The translations under genes and the position numbers were made by a program. The notes below the pieces were generated by a model that made no database searches, was not told the origin of the DNA, and saw nothing but the letters and a program-made list of their open reading frames with translations. A DNA stretch of 64,000 bases from Octopus bimaculoides (lineage: Eukaryota), in contig NC_068983.1 of the NCBI RefSeq assembly GCF_001194135.2, positions 137,332,429-137,396,428 on the forward strand. The letters are read 5' to 3'. This document shows, piece after piece, positions 13,296 through 25,299 of the stretch (its first letter is position 1; the number at the start of each line of letters is the position of its first letter).

Positions 13296-13536
13296 ATGCC
13301 AACCAAATGTATAGTGAAAGGCTGTCGGTCCCTTCAGAAGAAAGGCGGACCGATTAGTTTCTACCGACTACCATGGAAAAATATCCATTTAAGAAATGAG
13401 TGGATGCGACGAGCTGGCTATGACCCAAATAATTACGAAGAAGTAAAGCATATAAGTCGTGACCATCGGGTGTGCAGCAGGCATTTCTGGAACAACCGTA
13501 AGGAAAGTCCTTATGATCTCCCAACGATTTACCTTG
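13296..13536 (+). CDS. THAP zinc-finger module B, putative first coding exon (phase-1 donor), paralog of module A
   Basis: ATG 13296, in-frame TAA at 13266 upstream. MPTKCIVKGC...VCSRHF...LPTIYLG. Donor G|GTAAAG at 13536/13537, exactly 240 nt after the ATG as in module A. Confidence 0.9.
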
Positions 13537-13754
13537 GTAAAGAAACTATCTATGAAACCTGCTTTGTTTCTTTTTTGTCTTCAATTCATGAGCATAATTT
13601 GTAGTCCATCTATCTCATTGTTTCTTCCTTTCTGCTTTGTTTGGTTTGTTCATAGCTATCCAATTCGTGCTGTTTTCTTCTCTCACTCAGCATTGTGTCG
13701 CCAACACCATCTCTATAATGATGCTTAATTTTTCGAACCTTCTACCTCATTCTG

Positions 13755-13790
13755 ATTGGTCAGATTAAGATTCGAGTTATCATGACGTCA
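13755..13790. promoter_or_regulatory. Reverse CCAAT (ATTGG) + CRE palindrome downstream of THAP module B
   Basis: ATTGG 13755-13759 and TGACGTCA 13783-13790. Confidence 0.45.
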
Positions 13791-15599
13791 CAGAAGTTAT
13801 AGAAGTATGTCGTACTTCAAGGAATGACGCAACTCGATGCAGGGCCCCAACCTGCGAAAGATAGCCTTATTTCCTTCAAATGAACACGGCACGGTCTTAA
13901 ATAAAGGAAGAACTCATTGGATACTGTAGTCTTAGGTAAATTTCCTTGAAAGTAAATGTAGGATGGTGACTACTTTGGATCATAAAGTCCCGTCTTAATG
14001 ATTTTGGCAACGCATGTTCAAATGTAAACAAGCCCGTTAATATTAAACAAATACCTCCAGCTTTCTTTTTTCTCCGATAATATGGATTTATAAACAAAGT
14101 TCAGGTTAGCTCGCGCAACTATTTACGAAAATACGGATTTAAAACTGTTCGTCTTTGCATAGACTTTGCTTAAAGATGGTAGGCGAAATTCGTTATGCCT
14201 TTTCCCAGAAAACTTAGAAACGAACGGAAAGGGTGACTCGGAAACTTTGCGCTAGGAGCATACCTTTCCGATGCAGCTTTCATTCTGAGTACTTAATTCT
14301 TTAAGATCTCCCAAACAAAATCATTAACGGCATCTACTGGACTTGGGAGTGATTAATAACAGTAGTTGTCTAGCTCTTGATCGATGCAGACGTACAATCA
14401 AAGCATATAGTGGGCGTGAGTATAGCTGTGCAAATGGAAGCATCACTTCGTGGCTGCATTGTTTCAGGTTCCACTACGCAACACCTTCGGCAAATGTTTT
14501 CTAACAGTTTCAATGTGTTGTGAATGAAGTTAGAGAGAAACTGAGTGAAAGTTCATTGGAAGGACCGTTCCTATTCTTGGGTGGAAAACTTAATCTCTTG
14601 TACGGTTTAATTCCCACCTTGAGTGCCTTTAGCGGAGCCCATTCTCTTGCGAGTATTTTCATCATGACCCCGATCTGAGGATAAAATTTCTGAAAGCAGT
14701 TATTGAGGCCCTGAAAAGCATTATCAGCCCAGTTCTTCTTTGACGAAGACATTACAATAAAATATACAGAATATCGCAAAGTAGAAAGATTTCAGCATCC
14801 ACACTCACCCTCAACAAAAGAATGGGATGTAGGCACTTACCCGCTCCTACAAAACAAAGTAATGTGGAACTGAGTTAACACGTTATTAAATGTTCTATAT
14901 AAGGTTGAAGATACTTTTATTAATTGGTTTAATTGAGGAGGTTCTGTTTTCAAATTATACATTTCTTATTGGAGAACAGTGAACGGTTTTTAGTATTTCT
15001 AAATGGAGATTCGATAAAATAGGTAGAGAGAATACAATTGAATTTCAGAGAAATGTAGTCCTGTAGAGGTGAGATTAGAAAAATTGTTTTATGTGAAGTG
15101 AAAAAAAGATTTTACGACTATCCCCTTCCAAGTGTTAATAACATTGTTCAGCTATTTCCACCGGGAATCTAGTTCGGATCCTAGGTTTGCTGAAAACCTC
15201 ACAACTTTTTATCTTACGCACGTCTCTTTCTCTCTCTCTCTTCCAGTGGCGATTTCTTTTTATTCTTCAGCATTATTCACACTTTTGTTTGCTCTTTCTT
15301 TTCCTTAATGTTGATTTTTTTTTTTTAAGGATATTAATGTTAAATTAATATGAGGTTGTCAATCCTATGCAATAAATTGTATTGTATTGGACTTCTTTTT
15401 TTCTTATTGTGTGTAGCGGGGATGTGATCGGAATAGTGAACTGGTAAAGTGAAAATACAGGGGGAAATACGGGCTAAGGAACCCAAATAAAAAAGGAATG
15501 CAGACACTATTTAATGGGAGAAAATGTATGTCTTTGCAAGCTTCGAGTAGAAATAAAGGAAAATTTATTATCAGTATATTGGAAGGGAGGGATCATTTC

Positions 15600-15627
15600 G
15601 CTCTCTCCCTTTCTCTCTCTCTCTCGT

Positions 15628-15669
<42 letters not shown>

Positions 15670-15685
15670 GTGTGTGTGTGTGTAT
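15600..15685. repeat. Compound (CT)n-(TA)n-(TG)n microsatellite
   Basis: Directly visible. Confidence 0.95.
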
Positions 15686-16197
15686 GTATAATGCTCAGAA
15701 TTGATTGTATTGCATGTAATAGAGATCAATTCTCGAAATTCCCTTCTAAACAATCGACTTACAAGATTCAAATTTCCATTTCATATTAGGCATTGTTCAT
15801 CCAATGAATAAACATTTCCACTTAATCTCAAACACCAATTGTAATAGACAGAAAGTGATCGATAAATAGTTTATGAGAACTTCGCAGCCATTTTTAAAAG
15901 TCTTATAATAACCATTCATCTTCTCATTCTTTTCGATATTTTCAAACATTATAAAAGAATGTAAGACGCAATCCGAACTTCCGGTTAAAACAAGCTTCGT
16001 GTTTTTTGTTGTTGTTTTTTTTTTTAAGTTAGGAATCATTCGGAAAGATGCAGTGAAAGGATGAAGTGATTTCTCCTTGCACGGATGAAAAATTGTTCGC
16101 CTTTTTCTAAATAGAACTTTCAACAAACTGAAATCAACTAACTCAGGTTAGGAAAATATTTGCACTACCTCGAAAACGGAAACAAATCTGAATAAAA

Positions 16198-16378
16198 ATG
16201 GGTTTTAAACGAATGAAATATACTTCAAAATTTAAACTACAAGTCGTGATGCTGGCTCTGAAAACCAATAATTCTGAAGCCGGGAGACAATTTAGTGTTA
16301 ATGAAAAACTTGTTCGGGACTGGAGAAAAAAGGAAGCTGAACTCCGGAATATGCCACCGACAAAATGTTCTAATCGCG
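16198..16378 (+). CDS. Brinker-type HTH DNA-binding module B, putative first coding exon (phase-1 donor)
   Basis: MGFKRMKYTSKFKLQVVMLALKTNNSEAGRQFSVNEKLVRDWRKKEAELRNMPPTKCSNR. Donor CG|GTAAGA at 16378/16379, and a second strong phase-1 donor CAG|GTGAGT at 16429/16430. Confidence 0.85.
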
Positions 16379-17963
16379 GTAAGAAAAGTACTGACAAAAT
16401 CGATATGCCATGTGTTCATTTTTTTACAGGTGAGTTTACACTTCCGAATTAATAATGATAATTTCTAACATTGCTGAAGAAAATGTGTTGAGAATATAAT
16501 CGATTGGTTCGGCAATAAACGAGTAGTTGCAGCATAGATGGGTTTTTTTGTTTTAAGTATTGGATTTTTGGATGAATTTTGATTTATGAAAAGCAAAATA
16601 AAATCCAACAATTATTGTTGATATAAAATCAACTGTTTGTTTATACAATCGTGTACTGTTCTTAGGTAGTTATTGTGTTGTGAAATGAATAAACAGGATG
16701 GCGACGTAATTGCAACAAATCCTTGACCGCTTTACTTTCGTTTTATCTGTTCGAAATTAATGAAAATCATCCTCACCTCAACCTCGACTTGTGTATAAAG
16801 GTCGTCACAGTTGCGTAACTGTTCTGTTAGAATTGCGAAGGATCCTAGTTGTTTTTACAACCTCTTTAAAGCTCTGCTTATGTAGGTTTAAGATATTTCT
16901 TCTCAGTAGAGCATGAGGATATGAAAATTGTTTGCTTTTGGATGATGATAGCATGAATCAGGTTGAAAATACAGATAGCATATATTTATTGTTGATAATT
17001 TTTTTTCTAAAATATGACATTCTAGAGAAAGAAATGTTTTTTATCTGATTTAAAGTGTAATGATGTTTTGCTTAATGCCCACCTATCTGCGTTTTTCTTA
17101 TGTCAGTGCTTGGAAAATGTTAGCTGAATTTTACCTTCCAGCATTTTAAGATCGTTGGAATCATTATGTATGATCTTATTCGATGCTTAGAATTTTTTTT
17201 AATGGTTTGCTCTACACGTATTTGTTATGAGGTGTATTCATAATTAATAAAAGTTAATTTTCTTCGTTGTAAAGGAAATGACCCTGAGAAATTTAAAAAT
17301 CGATCCGTAATCAAAGATCGTATGGAAGTGTATTTCGTTATCTTGTATTTTGACTGCGAGAAATGAAAAACTATGCCAACAAATGGACTGATGCTCTCAA
17401 GTGAACACATAATTAATGTGGTGTTCGTGGTTTTGATGATTGACAAAAATTGCTTTTTCTATCTATAATGTGAACTTCTTTTTTTTTATTAGTCTCCCTG
17501 AAAGCCCATAAAAAAAAAAAAAGAATCTCACCAAAATGTTTTCTGCAGCAATTTTTGAAGCAATTTATAAAGTTTATAAACTCGAGCAGGTCCATTCAAT
17601 GAATATGTTACGCTGGTTCATTGATAGTTGTCGATTCCAGTGGTTAAAATACAAGATAATTCATTAATCGATTACACTTCCGTTTTGGAATTTTCTTATA
17701 AGAAAGCAAGCAAACCAATCTGAATTAAATAGCTATGGAATTTGAAGAACACACCCAAACGAATGGAAGATAAACCAACCAATAAAGAATGAAATGATGG
17801 AATGAAAGAAAAACAAAAACGAAAGGAAGAGTAAAATCCTAAGGATCAGCAGCAGCAGTGAACTAAGCCGACCAACCCACCGACCAACTGAGTGAGGGGC
17901 CGACATGCTTGGATGTATATATGTGGGCAGCCATATTGCTTTGAATGAAAACACTGTAGAAAG

Positions 17964-18034
17964 ATGGTGAACTTCTGTGCTGTGTTTGGTTGTAGCAGTA
18001 AACACAAGACTGGAAGCGGCATTTCCTTCCACAG
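17964..18034 (+). CDS. THAP zinc-finger module C, exon 1
   Basis: MVNFCAVFGCSSKHKTGSGISFH(R), a classic THAP N-terminus. Donor CAG|GTAAGA in phase 2, matching the acceptor at 22845. Too short for the supplied ORF track. Confidence 0.85.
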
Positions 18035-20572
18035 GTAAGATCAATTTTCTGTGCTGTTATTGTTGTTTGATTTTTTTTTCCATTTTCTTATTCCCATTAA
18101 TGTTTGTTTAAATTTAACTCATTTCCGTATGACAATTCCAGAAGTCACTAAGTACCCAATACACGGGATCAGACTCTAGTTAGCTAAGTTAGTGAAGTAG
18201 CGGAGACTAAATATCTTTTAGATACGATCGCCTTGGTATTTTCTCCTCCTCTTTCATCTTATCTCACTCTGTGTACTCGATCTGTTGCCATTCTGTTTCC
18301 GTTACTCTTTTACAAGTATAACTATCTCCGAGTCTTTATTTTTCTCTCTCATTCATACATACACACTATTACTCTCTTTTCCTTTGATATTCGGTCAGCT
18401 CTCATTCCACGTTTTTATACTTTTTATCACATGGATTTCATAGATTTAGCCACCGAGATTAACATTTTTGCAGTATTTTCGCTATAATATAGAACTTCTG
18501 CTGAGTTATTCAATAGAAATTGTCTACTACAACATTCTTACATTATAACTCCTTTCCGTGTGTTCAAACTCTTTTGTCTTTGGCCAAGATGATGGTTAGT
18601 GACACTTTTCTTTCGAAAAATTAGAGAAATGAAGTCACGGAGTGATAATTGATGACGGACAGCGTCAAATATTGACGATGTGAATTTTAGCGAAGGAACT
18701 ACTGGCTCGAACTTTTGTTGTCTTTGATTAACAGGCACATGTTCTTTTCCTGTGTGTTTACAATACAGTGTGATAAACAGAATGTGTATATGTTCAGTAC
18801 TGGGTTATAGAATATAGCTGTATTGTTGGTGTATGTACTTGGTAGGCGATGGATCGTATATGTGATTATTTTATGTTGCCTTTCTGAACATTGATCAATG
18901 ATAGTTAAAGCTAAGAGATAGTTTACTTATAGTTTACTTAACTGTATCCCTCTAGTGAATACTATATTTATATGTGCATCATTTTAAGGGGACGACTATA
19001 TACACTTTGTTTTCCTGAGAATTATTGTCTTTGCAACAAAATAATGAGTGTTCACTGGATGTCTCTCACAACGTGATGCCAGCACTATGTAACTATTCAT
19101 GGTCAAGGTACTTGGTTTTTAGTGGCTAGGTCCACTGAATCGCTGTTTAGCTACAGATCAGTCCTGACTGAGCAGATCAAGGATAATTTTAGGCATGACT
19201 AACTATTCATCTTCCTCTTAAATATTGTGTATTTTTCCAAAACAGTTGAATATACTTTGACGACGATCTATTAGTAGCATGTCGAATGGCCATGTCCAGT
19301 TTTCCTTTCTCACTTGTTCTTATGTTCCTAGCTCTCAGTGGATACCCGGTATCATTTGGCATATTTACAACTGTAGACAATAACTCTTTGAGACTGATGA
19401 CTGATTCATTGGCTTGTGGTATAGTTTAATTCTCGTCTGGAAAAAACTAGTTCGTAAGAATTGTAACCAAGAATATAGATCAAAGCTGTGGAAACTGGAG
19501 ATAAATTCCACAGGTATTTATGATTTAGAAAAATGTTAAAAAGAGAGGTCTCTAATAATGCATTGAATTTAAGCAAAATTTTTCTCCTTTATAGTAGTAA
19601 AATGGGTGAGTGCATATGATGCTGGCATATGACTGCATGTATCTTGAGTTTAAATCCACTGCAGGCATTTTGTTGTGTTCACTTAATTCTACACATCTTA
19701 GTATAGGTAGCAGATCATCTATGAATGCTATCTAAGTTAGACTGACATTCCCCAAGAAAAAGTATATCTTTCATTTGCTTAATACTATAAAATCCACTTC
19801 TTAAACTCTGTTTATCAGTTTTTGTTACTCACGTTACATTACTAAACTAGCATGAATGGTAGATTTCTCTAATCATTCAACCATAAAGAAAGATGGGTGT
19901 TGTCAGTTAGACAAAATATACTATAGTGATACAGCTTAAAGACTGAATGTATTAGCACAGTCATGTGTAACCTGCAGCCCAGAAGACTTTCTAAATGGTA
20001 CACCTAATGAAAGATTACTTCGAAATTTTGTAGTGGTGCAGCCATCCTTATGAGCCATATTTCATGTGGACCACTTCTCAAGAAAAGTTGCCTATGTCTG
20101 TATTAACATGTCAGAGCAATGTGCACGTGATTGTACATCCAAAAACAGTGGTTAGAAACTTCTTAAAATGAAACTATAAACTATTCAAATTCTGTTTAAA
20201 CCTCTAGATACATGGATACAGGCAGGACAGAAAGCCAACGAAATGTACCTACTTTAGATTACTGCACCATAAATATAAACCATCTGCGAAATAGCGTACT
20301 GTGTGTGATATTAAAGCAGACAACTTGGTTGAATATTGGAATGTTTTGTGCTGGACTTGAAAAGTCACTCTTTAATGTTTGATTAACACTACAGCACTAT
20401 ATGTCAAATAGCTGGCTGAGGCAACACAAAAGTAATAGTAAGGTTTTAAATGATGTTTTAATCTGGGATATATTATATCATACCATATATTATATTGCAT
20501 CATGTTTGGTTAAATTAATCTGCAAAGTCTGTAAAAGTTAATCCAGAAGTTCTTTCACCTCTTGACAGAAAA

Positions 20573-20804
20573 TTAACCTTTTTGCTTTCAGATTACTCTG
20601 TCAAATGTAATGCTTATTTATTCACATTGTTTTGTTTGACTTAATCATGCATTACCTTGTAACGTTAAGATTTTGATGATGTGAATATTTATTTTTAGAA
20701 TGACATTATAAGCTAGGTGTGAAACGCTACATCTAGCCAGTTTGAACATAGAACAGGTAGAATATTTTGACAGGATATGGCCAGTTTAAATGCTAAAGGG
20801 TTAA
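20573..20804. mobile_element. TTAA-flanked (piggyBac-like) MITE
   Basis: TTAACCTTTTTGCTTTCAGATTACTCTG...AATGCTAAAGGGTTAA; same family as 9284-9510. It lies inside the THAP-C intron. Confidence 0.65.
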
Positions 20805-22844
20805 TTTTATGTTTCTACAAGTAACTTCCTCTAAAGAGACATGCATCATAAAGCCTACATTTGTATGTATACTGTGCATTTGGATTACTGACATGTGTAA
20901 AATACTGGAGTTAATATATTAATTGTAGTTGTAACTCTTCATTGTTCTGGGTGATCTCTCTACATTGCCTTGGTTTAGCCAATCTGTTTATCAGATCTAG
21001 GTTTTTTTATGCTTAGCACCTGTATTTCCTATTTGATTTACATCATCTCCAGTTTTAATGACCAATAGCTTATAAATACTTTACTCCTTTTCTTTTCATT
21101 ATTTGTCATCTTCAGTCTTCAAATTTTTCATATTTCTTAAGCTTATCAAAATTCAGCTTATTTCTTCAATTCATTGTACATCTTTTCTTTTTTCACAACA
21201 GAACAAAGATTTTTCTATTTTTGTTCTAGATGTAATACCTTATAGTGTTTAATAAAGCCCTTTTAGGAAGAAGAGTATAACTGAAAGGCAAAGTAAACAT
21301 TAATGCAATTTAGTATTTTAAAATATTACTTCTCTACCATATACCTATGTACAATTTTTTCTTGAAAAGTGTTTCAAGTGGATGAGGTGAATTCAATGTA
21401 AATTATATATAGTTTTTTTCCTTCAAAACTCATTAGCACTTTGATGCCACAACACCGCTATTATTTCCTGTGATCTATGCAGATTCAATAACAGCACTGC
21501 TTTCAGTGTACTTTGAACATTCAATGATTTTTGTAATTTATTGAGGTTTGATAGCTTTTTTTATTAGGTATCTCGTACTCAAGAAAATTTAGATGTGTTT
21601 ATTCCTGATCAAATTTAATTGCTCTGCAGATTTTTCTATCTCGTAGAAGATATAGGATGGCTCAACATTAACATCTATAAAAGAACAACATTTTTGTCTC
21701 TTAACATGAACATATTCTTTTAAAAGCATACTATATTTTATGAGTTCAAGAAAAGAAATATTCAATAAATTTCTGTCAAAAGCTATTTGACTTATAAAAT
21801 ATCAGAATAATTTTTAAAATTCTGTTGCTTGACAATTATACACACACTGGATATCCTGTTTTATGTTATTAAAAAGCTTTTGAGTTGCTGGTGGATTGTC
21901 ATTTATAGAAATTATATATATAGACTGCTAGCTCAGATTTTGTTTATAGAAACTGGCCTTTGTTATGAGATAGTTTGATAGTAACTAGATTTTACTGTAT
22001 TAATTCATACTAACCATATGTTGCCCTTCTATCATTTTTAATATGATCATACAGCTATATAAAAATGCTATTTACTCTGTTGTGTAGTCTTTTCATATGC
22101 ATTACTCACTAAACTTTAAAATTCTTGTGCAATCCTTTAATAAAAAGATTCTGTCCACAAGAGGTAAGCATTCAAGTGATCCCTACTATGTTGTCTCTAA
22201 TTTGCTCAAATGTGCAGCTGCATAGTTGCTCTTTAACAATATTACAACGTGCACTAATGTACACCTGTACACATCAAAATCTTGCAATTCGTTTTAATTT
22301 ATGAATGTGCATTTAGTTCTCTTCTTACCATATTTCAGTTTAAATACATTACCTTTATTTCAATTAATTTGGAGTTTAGTCAAATAACTTTGTAATTATT
22401 AATTTGGTATGTGGAAATTCAATTAATGTGAAATTTTGAAATAAGGTATTAATTTCAATCACTTTAAAACCTTATATCACAAGAGAGTTAATATGATGCA
22501 TTAAAATTTGTATGCTGCACACTGGCTTTGAACAGAAAGTACTTTTGCTCAGTGGTGGAGAAAATTTAAAGAGAACATTGGCCCAGTCATTCTACCTTGA
22601 ATTCATATGGATGAGATTTTATTTCTAACATGAATAGTTTAGTGATTCCCAAAATATAAAGTTAACTTGACTTTTGCTGCTGAATAAACTTAGCATGTTC
22701 TAGTGGTGTGGTTTCAGATGTTTCATTATAAATAGCTGGTTGCCTCAAATATTACTATAATAAAAGTTGTTTTTCTTTTACTTTTTCTTTGTAGACTTCA
22801 CTGTTTTAATAACTCTTTTATTTTTTCCTTTTCTTTTCATTTAG

Positions 22845-23116
22845 ATTTCCTGATGTGCGTAAAAAGCCAGGTCTGTGGAAAAAATGGGTCCGTGCTCTTG
22901 CCCGTCAGAACTGGACTCCTAGCCATTACACCTACATATGCAGTCAACATTTTGAAAAATCTTGCTTCCAAATGATCAAGCCAGGGGGGCGGGCTTTACT
23001 TCAGAGATATGCCATTCCTACAATATTCAACAATGTACCCAAGGCACCTCAAAGTCATGATATTAAACATGAAAATCCATTGCTGCTTGCAACTAATTCT
23101 TATGAGAGAAACTCTT
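22845..23116 (+). CDS. THAP zinc-finger module C, exon 2 (ends in phase-1 donor)
   Basis: Long pyrimidine tract + TAG| at 22844/22845. AG|A restores Arg, then FPDVRKKPGLWKKWVRALARQNWTPSHYTYICSQHFEKSCF...LQRYAIPTIF (THAP W, CxxHF and AIPTIF box). Donor CTT|GTGAGT at 23116/23117. Confidence 0.88.
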
Positions 23117-23203
23117 GTGAGTGCCTCTTTTTCTTCATTTTTTCATATCTTTTATGAAGTGGTTCATGAGCAAGAAATCCTTCATAGCTAACTTGCTTTT
23201 CAG

Positions 23204-23271
23204 TCAGGTTTAAATATGAAGTTCCATTCATATACAAAACATTCTTACCTTCTGAAGAAGCATCTTCAAAA
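23204..23271 (+). CDS. Possible additional small exon after THAP module C
   Basis: TTGCTTTTCAG| acceptor and AAA|GTAAGA donor; open from phase 1 (FRFKYEVPFIYKTFLPSEEASSK, exits phase 0). The upstream intron would be only 87 nt and there is no recognisable homology. Confidence 0.3.
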
Positions 23272-24199
23272 GTAAGAGATTATTATTCTTCCCTTACAAT
23301 ATAGATATACCTGTTTCACAATTTTTTTATAAGTTCTTCAATGTTAGTTTATTTGTTTTAATAATAATAATAATAGTTTCTTTTACTACTGCTTCTTACC
23401 TCACTCCAGAAATAGGTATCATTTATAGTGTATTTGTCCTAAAGGTCACATATTTTGTGCCTGAAATTATTTCATTTTCTATGCTCATATGATATTGTGA
23501 TTTTACAAAATTTTATTTCTTTGCTGTGCTGTTTCACAACTATTCTTGTAATTTTGTATTGAGAATTCTATGTCCAATATACATTGTACATCTCAGAAAA
23601 ATGCAAAAGAAAACACCACAACTGTGCATATTTTATTAGCATGAACAAACCACAAATCTAAACATCGTCCTTGTATTGGAATATTGTTACAAAATCAAAA
23701 ATATTTCTATTGGTTAAACCATGTGCATTGAATGATTAATTGATATAAATATATTGCGTATATATACATCTATGTCTCATCATCATCATCTCTGTCTTTT
23801 AATGTCCATTTTGTATGCTGGTTTGTGTTGGACTGCTGGCAGGAGTTCAATATATCTGTGTATGTATGTATGGGTATAACTTTAAACTGCATCCAATAGG
23901 GTCTCTGGTTCAAGAGTTTCAGGGTTCCTAGGAGTGTAGAACCACTTCTTAACCTCTATTGTTTCCTGGTCTACTCTGACCTGGATTAGTAATACTTGTT
24001 AGGATCCCATCTGTGGGTTAACTAGCAAATATGATGACTATCTAAGTGCAGGACACAGAAATACCATTGGTTGATATTGGTACACAGTAAAACCATCAGG
24101 AATGAGGGTTCCCTATGTGTTGTCACAACATTATTCTAAAAGAAGTACACTAATGTAAAATCTGCAGTTTCATGTGATTGCTGGTGATCTTGTTTCAGC

Positions 24200-24650
24200 C
24201 TGTCACTAGGCACTAGTAATGGAGACTTAAAGAGTGGTACTCATGATATACAAGCATTTATCCTTATAATCTAATGATGTGCAGATTTCCCTTTATGGTG
24301 ACTTCCTTTATCATTCCATCTTTTGAAAGCCCTAATGTTATGGAAGAGTGGCAACATGTGCAGAGCTATCCAGTTGGAAAGGCACTTAAGGTTACAATTT
24401 TTTCACCTATGCTTCAAACCATGGAGATCTGCAATATAACTGAATAGTTGAGAGGTCATGGACAGAAAGTCAGAAATGTCATTGACAATGAGGAAGCAGA
24501 AGGAGACAACAATCATCTGTGAAGATGGAGCAATCACCTTACATATGTATGTTATTGACCTCATAACAATTGTATAAGCTTTCTTGAGAGTGTCATCTGA
24601 TAAGCAATTCTTTTTTGGAATATCTTGAAGCATCCTAAAACTATAAATAA
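24200..24650 (-). mobile_element. Degraded LINE reverse transcriptase (Jockey/CR1-like)
   Basis: Minus frame: VVSFCFLIVNDISDFLSMTSQLFSYIADLH resembles LSPxLFLLFINDL...SFADDxTLH. Boundaries approximate. Confidence 0.5.
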
Positions 24651-25299
24651 TAGAGAAATGCTTTATGGCTTTATGTGTGTAGTTTGAGATAGGTATATAT
24701 GTGTATATACAAACTTGGGCACCAAACCGTTTATCATTAATTGACAAAGTTAACATTTTTCTTAATGATTTGACTTTTAAGCTAACTTTGGAAAATCATT
24801 ATCGGAGGGGGCATGTGGCCTAGTGGTTAGGGTCTTGCACTCGGGATCACAACCCAGACCCAACAATACATTGTTTGTAAACAAAACAATTAATCTCACA
24901 TTCCTTTTTGATCACATTGACATCTGAAATGTGGCACACTGTACACCTGTACAGAAAGTGTCAGTTTGATGAAGGAAGTAAGCTAATGCACAATACAATC
25001 AATATAAACAAATCATCTGTGCCAGCATGGAACATGGATGCTAAATGATGACAATGACATACACATCAAAAGGCTAATCGATAAAACTGCCATCAACCTT
25101 GATTGGTGCCTCAATACTGCTTCTGAAATGACTAGTGAATAGGTGATCCTTATTCATGTTGGCCATTATGTCCCTAATAGCAAACCTCCACAAGTCCTTG
25201 GTATTAAGGGCATGCTTGTTGCTCTCGAGCTCGGACACCAAATGTTAAAGATAACTTGATTATGAAAACTTTTGGCCATCCACTCCTTGTTCATGCTGG

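Noticed and set aside
14300-14780. ORF 14510-14779 and a downstream DFVWEILK remnant resembling a Tc1/maT transposase
   Set aside because: Only two short motif-like patches, with spacing too short; not enough to call without an alignment.
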